This document shows positions 27,301 through 36,297 of a stretch of DNA of 57,079 bases, one piece after another. The stretch covers positions 1 through 57,079 of the IMG/VR virus record IMGVR_UViG_3300046007_011426; one strand, 5' to 3'. The number at the start of each line of letters is the position of its first letter. Positions within the stretch are counted from its first letter, which is position 1. Under the pieces are notes generated by a model, which did no database searches, had not been told where the DNA came from, and saw nothing but the letters and a program-made list of their open reading frames with translations. A program made the translations under genes and the position numbers. The stretch comes from a virus (lineage: Duplodnaviria; Caudoviricetes).

Positions 27301-30300
27301 TCTAATCGGAAATGTTTTTGTTGATGACAACAAAAATTCGATTACAAGAGAATCCTTTAATAAACTATCCTCTGATTTTGCGCCCGGTATTGGGATCACG
27401 GCAATTGTTTCTAATCAGGCCGGAACTGCTCATACACTTTATACGACAACTGATCATGGTCTTTCGGCCATTACATCAGTTTCTGTTGTTGGGGCCGGGG
27501 TCTCTTATATCACCGGGACTTATTATGGAGTTGGAGTAACAACTACTTCAGGCGGGAATGCAGCCTCATTCAAGGTAGTTGTTGATGTTAATGGAGAAAT
27601 TTCATCTGCTGATATAATGTCTGGTGGCAGCAATTATAAAGTAAACGACGTTTTAATTGTTTCTTCAGGTATTGCGACCACTACAGGTTTTTCTGCTGCA
27701 ACTCTTTCTGTTACTGGAATTACAACTGATACCAAAAAATCTATTTCACTTTATGGTTCTGATAATTATTCTGATACCTTCACAATACAATCAATTCCGT
27801 CTTCAAATAGAATAAATGTTACCTCCGAGGCTGCCGTTTCTGGGGCATCAACGATTATTGTAAGTGGCGATTATTTTGCAACAATTAATGGAAGAGTTCT
27901 CGATATTTCGTCTTTGACCTACAATAATGTCACCGGAATTTCTACTGTAACGACTACTGGTTCTCATGGTCTAAATGCCAATACAAAAGTAAGAATCGCC
28001 GGGTTTACCAGTAGTTTTTATAACAAAGATGTTGTTGTAACATCGGTAAACTCCTTAAACCAAATCGAGGTTTATTCTGGAATTTCCACCACGTCTCTTT
28101 CGACGGCCGGTTCTGGTAAAATTATTCCCTTGGGTGTTCAGTCTATAATAGGCAACTCAAGAGCCTCTTATTATTACTCTGGGATTACAACCACTACTGG
28201 AACCATTCTTAATCAGGGCGACCCAGACTCTACCCTTTTTGACATCACAAATGCCGCGACAACTGGTCTGGTTCAGGGTGATTATATTGAGGTGAATGGA
28301 GAAGTACTAAGAATCAAGTCACCGATTACTACTGATTTAGTAGGCGTTTATAGGGCTCAATTTGGAACGGATCGAAAGACCCATCCCGTCAATTCTGTTG
28401 TCAAAAAAATAGAAGTGATTCCTGTAGAATTAAGAAGGACTTCTATTATTCGTTCATCTGGCGGGACCTTTGAATATGTCGGATTTGGTGCGGGTAATTA
28501 CTCGACTTCTTTACCAGAAAATCAGGACAGAAATATTGAGGATGTTGAAAAACTTCTTTCCCAGGCAACTAAGTCTTCTGGTGGCGTCATTAATTATTCC
28601 GGTATGGATGAAAATGGTGATTTTTATTCTGGAAATAAAAAACTAGTTTCATCAACCGGTATTCAAAAAATTTATGATCTCCCGGCTCCTTCTGTTGCGG
28701 GTGAATCCGAATCCGAAGAACTGATTAACCTAATCGAGGCCGAACAACTTCTTGTTTCAGAATCATTAAGGGTTGATGGTGGAGAAAATAATGAAAATAT
28801 CTCAGTATTCAACAGTCCTGTTGTATTGAATAATAAACTAATTTCTTATTCAGACGAGGGCCTTGAGGCAATATCCGTATCCCTAAAAGGCGATTCTGGT
28901 CTTTCTAGAAAATACACTGTTTCTGATGTCATCCCGACTATTTCTGGTAATTATGGTGACGTTATTTTTAGGGCAACTCCTTCTGATGGTCAAAATATTG
29001 GCTGGGTATATACGACTAATGATACGTGGAGAACCTGGGGTTATGTTGGTGATCTAGGAACCCAGGTTGCATTATATTCTGGAACTGAAACTGGACCAAA
29101 TACACTTGAAGGTATCGTAGACAAGATTAAATTTGTTGGGGATCCTGATGGTTTTGGTATTGATGTTGATATTGATGTTGATGCGATTTCAGGATTTGCT
29201 ACTGTTATTCTAAGAAATCCATTAGATTCAATTAATTTCGGAACTTCTCTAGGTAGAAATACTCCTACTTTTGGTTCTAGAAGTGTTGGTTCAAGAAACG
29301 TTTATTATGAGACATTAAATTCAACAAATGTCGATTATGCTGTTGGTGTATCGACCAATACTTTATGGCATTCTGTCCCACAAAATACTAATGCGTTCTC
29401 GTTCAAATGGTTTGGCGGTGAAACTGAGATCATGTCTCTTACTGGAGACGGGCAATTATCAATTGCCGGTGGAATTATTGCGACCATAAATGGTGATGTT
29501 GAGGGTAATGCAACCACTGCAACCACGGCAACTGATCTTTCTAGATCAGTAATTGCCGGGGCTGGTCTAACTGGTGGTGGCCAATTGAATAATAATAGAA
29601 CAATAAATGTTGTTGGGGCTGCTAATGGTGGTATTCAGGTAAATGAAGATTCTATTCAGGTTGATTCTACTGTAGTAAGAACAACTGGAAATCAGACTAT
29701 TAGTGGAAGCAAAACATTTAGTAATCCTATTATAGGAAACCTCACCGGAACGGCCACAACCGCAACCACGGCAACTAATCTTTCTAGAACATTAACTGCC
29801 GGAAATGGTTTAACAGGTGGTGGTCAACTAAATGCAGATAGAACAATAAATGTTGGTGTGACCACTAATGGAGGTATTCAAGTAAATGAAGATTCTATTC
29901 AGGTTGATTCTACTGTAGTAAGAACAACTGGAAATCAGACTATTGGTGGAGTTAAAACATATACTAATGAAAATACCTTTAGTTCCAATGTAAACCTAGA
30001 AGGAACTAATAAATTAGGAGAGGGGAATTATGTAGCCAATAACAATTCCAATAATATAATTTTCAATACTACTAGATTTATTAGTAGAGAAGGTAACATT
30101 GTATTAAATAATAGCCAAATACTGAATAGAAGTTGGCTATTTGGAATTAATTCAAGTGGAAATCTAGAATTTTCTAATAACCCAACTGGATCCGAGCCAG
30201 AAAATTGGACCAGACGAGTAACTTTCGCATCAAATGGTGACTTGGTTGTTCCTGGAGTCTTTAACAATACTGGTAGTGGTTCTAATGTTGTGGTCAATGC

Positions 30301-30694
30301 AAATGGTGTTTTACAGAGACAGAGTTCTTCTATAAAATATAAAGAAGACGTAGAGGATGCTGATGTAAATATCAGTAAAAATACCGTCTATAATACAAGA
30401 CCAGTCAAATATAAATCCAAAAAGAAAGAAAATGATTTAGACTGGTCTTATTGGGGTTTTATAGCAGAAGAAGTTGCCGAAATTGATCCTAGATTAGTCA
30501 TCTGGAAAACAACCGAAACCATAAAAGATGAAGAAACTGGGGAATATATCCAACAAGATTTGGAAACAGCAGAACCAGAGAGTATCGATTATGCGAGATA
30601 CGTTGTCCACCTTGTTAACGTCATTAAAGATCATAAATGTGAAATTGATGAGCTAAAAGAGCGAATTATTAAATTAGAAAATAAAAATAACTAA
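24344..30694 (+). CDS. Giant tail fibre/structural protein with C-terminal Peptidase_S74-type intramolecular chaperone
   Basis: MALSRLSNFL..PFKTLNRALIEA N-terminus; SSIKYKEDV..RPVKY..WGFIAEEV..IDY plus coiled-coil end. Confidence 0.8.
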   Translation: MALSRLSNFLRSSRGKILHVNPENLDASDSIINSGDTPFTPFKTLNRALIEASRYSYQVGLNNDRFNFCTILLYSGTHYVDNRPGLVIEDDGTSYVRNGAQTSLTQFDLTTVMDLSDPENKLYLLNSVYGGLIVPRGTSIIANDLRKTEVIPLYVPDSRNANIERSAIFRTTGASFFYGFTVTDADPTGFCYKNYNKQKFVPNFSHHKLTAFEYVDGVNPVKINDTFLDVNTTRTDLQQYYEKISIVYGASSGKEIDSVSYIGGVSVDIQPVIDEYRIVGPRGEQVGISSIRSGNGVTPTEVITVTLDSPVKGISVDTAIQVSGVFEGFDGQFVVSAIPSENQIQYKTSEVPVVALPSVFGATLNIISDTTASSSPYVNKVSLKSSLGLCGLHADGSKVEGFKSFVVAEFTAISLQKDNDAFVIYDETSGTYVDSNVVPDLYKNTRARYKPDFENYHVKLSNDAFAQLVSVFSIGYAAQIIAESGGDYSITNSNSNFGAKSFIASGFKSDAFDQDDHGFIVGIVPPENILNSTINVEFPQIDVGVTTTAAAGAATTTRLYLYNEKSLENPPKHFINGYKIGAKIDEKLFINYPSNVSSNVVIPGTTSSYEKTSTVQRQNNNTQNAITNGVISLTSAHAFSAGEKVRVFSDNAHLPDGIGPNIVYYVIDSTIDNTLTSSQIKLAATFNNFLNNVAVLPNRKGGILEISSKVYDKIPNEPGHPIQWDSNLNNWYVTVNSVDNGIYSTIRNTNRIVTGKTYITRTPDNRTEDDKIYKLVYCIPRNTTTAARPPVDGFVIQESGDSSLSGSEFSRYFGGVDLDSDTELRNPKFISNAAWASNEVTFTTELDHKLKVNDQVEINNILPVAYNGSYTVTRIPSSRSFVVTLTSDPGTFANNTTVRNSSLPFVKRKNTNNIFKIYKSKELKKFIRNKQDGLYELYVLHSSVKPTIAPFTGYSFSQPVKNLYPRLERDNFNSDPQPSQCFADHNLIGNVFVDDNKNSITRESFNKLSSDFAPGIGITAIVSNQAGTAHTLYTTTDHGLSAITSVSVVGAGVSYITGTYYGVGVTTTSGGNAASFKVVVDVNGEISSADIMSGGSNYKVNDVLIVSSGIATTTGFSAATLSVTGITTDTKKSISLYGSDNYSDTFTIQSIPSSNRINVTSEAAVSGASTIIVSGDYFATINGRVLDISSLTYNNVTGISTVTTTGSHGLNANTKVRIAGFTSSFYNKDVVVTSVNSLNQIEVYSGISTTSLSTAGSGKIIPLGVQSIIGNSRASYYYSGITTTTGTILNQGDPDSTLFDITNAATTGLVQGDYIEVNGEVLRIKSPITTDLVGVYRAQFGTDRKTHPVNSVVKKIEVIPVELRRTSIIRSSGGTFEYVGFGAGNYSTSLPENQDRNIEDVEKLLSQATKSSGGVINYSGMDENGDFYSGNKKLVSSTGIQKIYDLPAPSVAGESESEELINLIEAEQLLVSESLRVDGGENNENISVFNSPVVLNNKLISYSDEGLEAISVSLKGDSGLSRKYTVSDVIPTISGNYGDVIFRATPSDGQNIGWVYTTNDTWRTWGYVGDLGTQVALYSGTETGPNTLEGIVDKIKFVGDPDGFGIDVDIDVDAISGFATVILRNPLDSINFGTSLGRNTPTFGSRSVGSRNVYYETLNSTNVDYAVGVSTNTLWHSVPQNTNAFSFKWFGGETEIMSLTGDGQLSIAGGIIATINGDVEGNATTATTATDLSRSVIAGAGLTGGGQLNNNRTINVVGAANGGIQVNEDSIQVDSTVVRTTGNQTISGSKTFSNPIIGNLTGTATTATTATNLSRTLTAGNGLTGGGQLNADRTINVGVTTNGGIQVNEDSIQVDSTVVRTTGNQTIGGVKTYTNENTFSSNVNLEGTNKLGEGNYVANNNSNNIIFNTTRFISREGNIVLNNSQILNRSWLFGINSSGNLEFSNNPTGSEPENWTRRVTFASNGDLVVPGVFNNTGSGSNVVVNANGVLQRQSSSIKYKEDVEDADVNISKNTVYNTRPVKYKSKKKENDLDWSYWGFIAEEVAEIDPRLVIWKTTETIKDEETGEYIQQDLETAEPESIDYARYVVHLVNVIKDHKCEIDELKERIIKLENKNN
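29506..29948 (+). repeat. Internal duplication with 243-nt (81-aa) period
   Basis: NEDSIQVDSTVVRTTGNQTI is encoded twice with about 60 identical nt (from 29641 and 29884). Confidence 0.85.
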
Positions 30695-30697
30695 ATA
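30691..30697 (+). promoter_or_regulatory. Late promoter
   Basis: CTAAATA. Confidence 0.7.
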
Positions 30698-30728
30698 GTA
30701 AAGAAAGATCGGTGGAGAGTGAAACCGA

Positions 30729-33700
30729 ATGGGCATAAATAAAAATTTTGTCGTAAAAAATGGCCTAGAAGTTGCTGACGACTTAATTTTTGCTGATGGT
30801 ACTACTGAAAAAGTAGGTATTGGAACTACTTCACCGGAATATTCTTTAGATGTGCGGAGGGACGTTGCCTTAAGTGGCGAACTTTATGTCCCCACGGTAA
30901 ATTCTAATCTTGGAACTTTTACAGGAACTCTATCGGCGGCGTTTCCTACTTTTGTAGTAGGTATAAATACTGCTCTATACCATGTTAACGATCTACTTGA
31001 TGACGGGGCCTTTATTGGTCTACTACCAAATAACACAAGAGTAGTTAATATTGGTATTACAAGTGTTCAAATTTCTAGACCACATGGCCAATTAGTCGGA
31101 TCCGCAACGACTAGTTTTAACATAATCAGGCGAGTAACTCCTGGTGAAAATGGTCAGGTACTAGTATCCAGAGGAAAGGATCAATCTCCAATTTGGGATG
31201 ATTCTGAGCCAAAGGTAGAAGAAACCAACTCATCCCAGGTTCACTATCCAACTTTTGTAGATGGCACCGGAAGAAAGCCTCTAAAAATAACGAGTGATGA
31301 ACTATCCTTTATTCCTTCGTCCGGTAGATTTGGTTTAGGGACAACCAATCCACAGGCAAAATTAGATGTTGATGGTGATGTAAAGGTTTCAGAAGAATTA
31401 GACGTAACCGGGGCAACTACCTTAGGTTCAACATTAGATGTTGATGGATATGTAAATTTAGGTGAAGATCTTAATGTTGTTGGTGTAACCACTTTAGGAT
31501 CAACCCTGGACGTTTCTGGAGCGGTTGATTTTTCTTCTACTTTAGATGTTTCTGGAGCAGTTGACTTCAGTTCTACTTTAGACGTTGATGGTGAAACAAC
31601 TCTTGGCTCAACATTAGACGTTGATGGAGACGTAAATTTAGGTGAAGATCTTAATGTTGTTGGAATTACAACTCTAGGGTCAACCCTTGATGTAGTTGGT
31701 GCTGTTGACTTCAATTCTACATTAAATGTTGATGGGGCCGTTGATTTTAATTCGACTCTAAAAGTTGATGGAGACGTAAATTTAAATGAAGACCTTAATG
31801 TTGTTGGCATTACAACCCTAAGATCGACCCTAGACGTAATTGGAGATGTTGAATTTGATTCTAAGTTAGATGTATCCGGGGCGGTTGATTTTGATTCAAC
31901 GTTAAATGTTGATGGTAAAACAACTCTTGGCTCAACATTAGATGTTAATAGAGACGTAAATTTAGGCGAAGATCTCAATGTTGTTGGAATTACAACCCTA
32001 AGATCAACCCTAGACGTAATCGGGGTGGTTGAGTTTTCTTCGACTCTAGATGTTTCTGGTGATGTAGATTTTGGATCGGACCTAGATGTTGATGGTGATA
32101 CTACTTCTGCAAGATATTTTGGTGATGGTGTAAATCTTGTAGGCATTGTAACCAATTTAATTCCTGGAATTGGAATCGGTTTAGTACCGAATCAAACTCC
32201 TGGTAATAAAGGTCAAGTAACAATTCAGTCTTATAGACCAGTAGGGAAAACAATTTATGTTTCTCAGACTGGTAATGATAACAATACTGGACTTGCCGAA
32301 AATCATACAAAAAGAACTATTAAGGCTGCGGCTACTGCGGCCATTTTTGGTGATACAATTAAGGTATTCCCTGGGGTATATGTAGAAGAAAATCCTATTG
32401 TATTAAAAAGAACAGTTTCAGTAGAGGGTACTGAATTGAGAAACTGTGTAGTTACTCCGAAATATCCATATCTAGATCTCTTCCATGTTAATAATGGCTG
32501 TCACCTCACTGATCTAAGTTACATTGGTCCATCAATGACGGACGGGGCTGCTGTTGTGGCCCTTCAACCATTACTTGGAACCTCGGTTGATAGATTCTTT
32601 GATGCTGCAAGACTAATAAGAACGAATCTTGATTACATTGCAAATGAAACAGTCGGATTTTTAACTAGTGGCTTTAGCGGATTTGCTGGTGATCATAAAG
32701 AACAAGACGCGGCCAGATTAATAGATCTAAACCTTGATTATATTGCCGCCGAAACAGTAGGATTTTTAACCACTGCATCACCAACCGGTTATGGATTTAC
32801 TCTTTCTAGCGGGGATTATACGAATTGTAAAGAAGACGTCGTAAGTGTTTTCTCGGCAGTTTCTTATGACCTAAAGGCAAATAGTAATAAAAAATCAGTA
32901 GGAGCAGCCCTTTCTTACTTCAATAGTTCAGGTGGACTTATTCATATCACGGGTATTTCCACCCAACAGGCAACAATTGCCGCATTTGATTATGCAGTGG
33001 GAATTGCTAAATCAGTAATTAATAATGTTACCCCACCAATTTCTTATCAATCTGGTATTGGAAGTATTTCTCAGGTTATTGACCCATCCGTTATTCAGGT
33101 CGCTGGTGGATGTGTTGGTGTCGGAACAACTATTGCCCAACTAGTCGGAATTGTTACATCCGCAATTGGGGCCGGAAATACATCTGGGCTTCCTGCAATC
33201 CGATTTGGTGTGACTCTTGAAAGCCAGGATTGTGCGGATGATATTAAGGATATTTGGAAATGCATTATTCATGATATAACAAGAGGTGGTAATTCAAGAT
33301 GTGTTGATGCTGGTAAGGCCTATTATGATAAAGACTGGAATTTAATTCCACAGATTCTGAAAAACCCAGGAGAAGTTGATCAAACAGTTGCCTCGGTTGA
33401 TTATTCACTTAATGTAGCAAGAGCCGTTGTCAACAACTCAACCTGGGGTGGCTATCCAGATAGCCTGCCAATAAATGTTACTGGGGCCGTTTATGGTAAT
33501 GTAAGTGGAATTGCCACCATAACCGCAACCAATCATGGATTATCCACTAATGACGCGGTTAAAATTGTTGGTTTAGAATTTTCTTGTCCTTCAGGTCCCC
33601 AAACTATTCTGTATCCTTCCGGTGCATTTGGATATATTTTCAATGTCCTTAAAAAAGTAAATAATAATTCTTTTGAGGTTGTTGTTGGTCAATCTACTCT

Positions 33701-35939
33701 TCCTCACACATATGTTACGGGCGGGACGGTTCAGAAATATGAAAGTTTTGCCCACGATACTTATCAGGTAAAGGACCTAGCCATACAAAAAGACCCCCTA
33801 ACCGGATTTAATAATGCAATCAATGGATGCTCAAACGTTATTTCCGCGATGCATTCATGTGTTGGTGTTGTTACCAGCATTGTTGGACTAGGATCAGAAG
33901 CCTTCTCTACTGTGGGTATTAAAACAACTTACCCTGGAAATTCTGGAATCGGATTCACCTCAATTGTTGGAATTACTTCTGCAGTTTATGATGAAAAAAC
34001 CGGTCGAACTACAATACTTGCTCCTGGTGTAAACGTTCTAGAAGGCGAGCACATTGAGTTAAGGGACCTAGAATTTAGCTGCAATTCTGGTGGGGGAATA
34101 TCAACTCAAAAATTCCCATCAGGTAAGTATGGTTATGACTTCTTTATTGATAAAGTAAATATTGATGGATCATTTGATGTTTATGTTGGTCCATCGACTC
34201 TTCCTCACACTTATGAGGGTAGTGGAATCATTGTTGATAGAACTGTTGCTGTAACCACGGCCATCTATAACAATGCAACCGGCATAACAACAATCAGGGC
34301 AGAGGGTCTAGAAATTGAAACAGGCGATCTGGTTAAAATTCGTGGCCTACAATTCTCTTGTCCAAGTGGCAGCGGGACAACGACCATTTATCCAACCGGA
34401 AACAACGGATTTGAATTTAGAGTATTAGACATTGTTGTTGATAAACCATTTGGTATTACGACTGCTGTTTATAATAATACAACCGGTATAACAACAATAA
34501 CCGCTCCTGGAATAGGTGTTTCATTCAATGATCTAGTCGAACTAAGAAACCTAGAATTTTCATGTACCAGTGGTGCGGCAACTACTACTTTATATCCAAC
34601 CGGAAATAATGGCTATAAGTTTAGAGTATTAAGTTCTATTGGTTCTACCTTTACTGTAAATGTAGGCCCGTCAACTATTGCTCATACTTATGTTTCTGGT
34701 GGTGTTGCGATTGATAGAACTCTTACTTCTAACGACGAATTCACCATTAATGTTGGTGTATCAACAATACCACACAATTACGTCTCGGGTGGTATTGTTA
34801 TTCCCCCATTTTCAAGAGGTGTCGGTCCAATTACACAGGGTCCTTATGTAAGGAACTGTACTAATTTTATACCAAATTCTATTGGTATGAAAGTCGATGG
34901 TTTTGATGCCGAACCTGGCGACAAAGACGATATTGGTGTAACAGGAACCATGAGCGTCGATTCTTACACTCAATACAATCAAGGGGGTATTGGTGTCTCG
35001 ATTACAAATGGGGCCTATTCCCAGCTAGTGTCTATCTTTACTATCTGTGACGATATTGCAATATTTACGGGTTCAGGTGGTCAGTGTGACATTACCAACT
35101 CTAACTCTTCTTTTGGTAATCTTGGTCTTGTTTCTGACGGGGTTGGTGACATAAACACCAAGTCCATCTATAGATATACTGGTATCGCAAATACGGCCCT
35201 TTCCGAGCAGAATATCATTGAGGTTTCTGGTATAGGAGCCCTTAGACCTTATGATGGCCAGGCACTGTATTTTGGTGAGTTATTTTATGAGGTAAGGGGA
35301 GTAACAATAGTCAATGGTGGTTCTGGTTATACTCAGCCACCAAGAGTTACCATTGATTTCCCAGCCGGACCAAATGGTATTAGGGCCGAGGCAACATCGG
35401 CTATTGATTCTTCTGGAAGAGTTTCTTCTATTGATATTATCAGTAATGGTAGCCAGTATAAAATTTCTGACAGACCAACTATTACTATAGATCCTCCGAC
35501 CAATTCTGGAACAACCGCCACTGCAAAACTTGAATTTTATCCTCTTTATTACACCATTGAATCTGCAACATTACCAAGTGCCGGTATTTCTACTATTACA
35601 TTAAACACTAATTTAAACAATAATGTAAGTCTTGGGACGATAGTTTATTTTAATCGTATAAGTCTACAAATTGTTTCTTCTCATTCATTTGAATGGGTCG
35701 GTTCTGGTAATGATATAAATAAAGCAAAGCCCGCTCTTGGTGGTGTTGTTAAAACAGAAAATGAGGTGGTTAAGTTAAATGGTGGTGAGGTGTTTTATAC
35801 AAGCACCGACCAGGCAGGTAACTTTAAAATTGGTGATGATTTGACTATTAATCAGTTAACCGGAACAGTTACGGGCCGGGCATTTAACCAGAGTATTTTA
35901 AATAACGTAACACCACTAATCATCGCCCTAGGACGTTAA
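30729..35939 (+). CDS. Tail fibre protein with 12-aa shaft repeats and a pectate-lyase-like beta-helix region
   Basis: NKNFVVKNGLEV start; GIGTTxP motifs; TIYVSQTGNDNNTG..KRTIKAA..GVYVE; PYVRNCT. Confidence 0.8.
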   Translation: MGINKNFVVKNGLEVADDLIFADGTTEKVGIGTTSPEYSLDVRRDVALSGELYVPTVNSNLGTFTGTLSAAFPTFVVGINTALYHVNDLLDDGAFIGLLPNNTRVVNIGITSVQISRPHGQLVGSATTSFNIIRRVTPGENGQVLVSRGKDQSPIWDDSEPKVEETNSSQVHYPTFVDGTGRKPLKITSDELSFIPSSGRFGLGTTNPQAKLDVDGDVKVSEELDVTGATTLGSTLDVDGYVNLGEDLNVVGVTTLGSTLDVSGAVDFSSTLDVSGAVDFSSTLDVDGETTLGSTLDVDGDVNLGEDLNVVGITTLGSTLDVVGAVDFNSTLNVDGAVDFNSTLKVDGDVNLNEDLNVVGITTLRSTLDVIGDVEFDSKLDVSGAVDFDSTLNVDGKTTLGSTLDVNRDVNLGEDLNVVGITTLRSTLDVIGVVEFSSTLDVSGDVDFGSDLDVDGDTTSARYFGDGVNLVGIVTNLIPGIGIGLVPNQTPGNKGQVTIQSYRPVGKTIYVSQTGNDNNTGLAENHTKRTIKAAATAAIFGDTIKVFPGVYVEENPIVLKRTVSVEGTELRNCVVTPKYPYLDLFHVNNGCHLTDLSYIGPSMTDGAAVVALQPLLGTSVDRFFDAARLIRTNLDYIANETVGFLTSGFSGFAGDHKEQDAARLIDLNLDYIAAETVGFLTTASPTGYGFTLSSGDYTNCKEDVVSVFSAVSYDLKANSNKKSVGAALSYFNSSGGLIHITGISTQQATIAAFDYAVGIAKSVINNVTPPISYQSGIGSISQVIDPSVIQVAGGCVGVGTTIAQLVGIVTSAIGAGNTSGLPAIRFGVTLESQDCADDIKDIWKCIIHDITRGGNSRCVDAGKAYYDKDWNLIPQILKNPGEVDQTVASVDYSLNVARAVVNNSTWGGYPDSLPINVTGAVYGNVSGIATITATNHGLSTNDAVKIVGLEFSCPSGPQTILYPSGAFGYIFNVLKKVNNNSFEVVVGQSTLPHTYVTGGTVQKYESFAHDTYQVKDLAIQKDPLTGFNNAINGCSNVISAMHSCVGVVTSIVGLGSEAFSTVGIKTTYPGNSGIGFTSIVGITSAVYDEKTGRTTILAPGVNVLEGEHIELRDLEFSCNSGGGISTQKFPSGKYGYDFFIDKVNIDGSFDVYVGPSTLPHTYEGSGIIVDRTVAVTTAIYNNATGITTIRAEGLEIETGDLVKIRGLQFSCPSGSGTTTIYPTGNNGFEFRVLDIVVDKPFGITTAVYNNTTGITTITAPGIGVSFNDLVELRNLEFSCTSGAATTTLYPTGNNGYKFRVLSSIGSTFTVNVGPSTIAHTYVSGGVAIDRTLTSNDEFTINVGVSTIPHNYVSGGIVIPPFSRGVGPITQGPYVRNCTNFIPNSIGMKVDGFDAEPGDKDDIGVTGTMSVDSYTQYNQGGIGVSITNGAYSQLVSIFTICDDIAIFTGSGGQCDITNSNSSFGNLGLVSDGVGDINTKSIYRYTGIANTALSEQNIIEVSGIGALRPYDGQALYFGELFYEVRGVTIVNGGSGYTQPPRVTIDFPAGPNGIRAEATSAIDSSGRVSSIDIISNGSQYKISDRPTITIDPPTNSGTTATAKLEFYPLYYTIESATLPSAGISTITLNTNLNNNVSLGTIVYFNRISLQIVSSHSFEWVGSGNDINKAKPALGGVVKTENEVVKLNGGEVFYTSTDQAGNFKIGDDLTINQLTGTVTGRAFNQSILNNVTPLIIALGR
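31360..32100 (+). repeat. Degenerate 36-nt (12-aa) tandem repeats: TTLGSTLDVxG / VDFxSTLxVxG / VNLGEDLNVVG
   Basis: Visible in both protein and DNA; boundaries approximate. Confidence 0.85.
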
Positions 35940-35943
35940 AATT

Positions 35944-36294
35944 ATGGCCGCAGTAGCACTTAACAAATTTAGAACAATTCGATCAAATGTCGGTATTGCC
36001 GAAACAACCATTTATACTTGTCCAGTAGGTGTTGCGGCAATTGTTATCTTGGCCCAGGTAACAAATGTGACCTCGGATACAACCTCACAAGTAACCGCAA
36101 TTCATTCAAGGCCCGGAGAAAGCCCCGCTGACTTTAAATTTTCCAATGGGTCATTTGTTCCACCTAATGATAGCATTAATTTGGTTCCTGATGGTAGGTT
36201 GGCCTTAGAAACCAATGATTTTATAAAAATTAGTGCATCTGGTGATAATCAATTAAATATTGTATTAAGCATTCTAGAAACAGCAAAACAATAA
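35944..36294 (+). CDS. Small fibre-associated structural protein
   Basis: IYTCPVG..VILAQVTN..LALETND.IKI..LSILET. Confidence 0.65.
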   Translation: MAAVALNKFRTIRSNVGIAETTIYTCPVGVAAIVILAQVTNVTSDTTSQVTAIHSRPGESPADFKFSNGSFVPPNDSINLVPDGRLALETNDFIKISASGDNQLNIVLSILETAKQ

Positions 36295-36297
36295 ACT

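Noticed and set aside
31244-32155. 303-aa minus-strand ORF and other antisense or overlapping ORFs in the track
   Set aside because: Shadows of repetitive, codon-biased plus-strand genes, with no independent expression signals.
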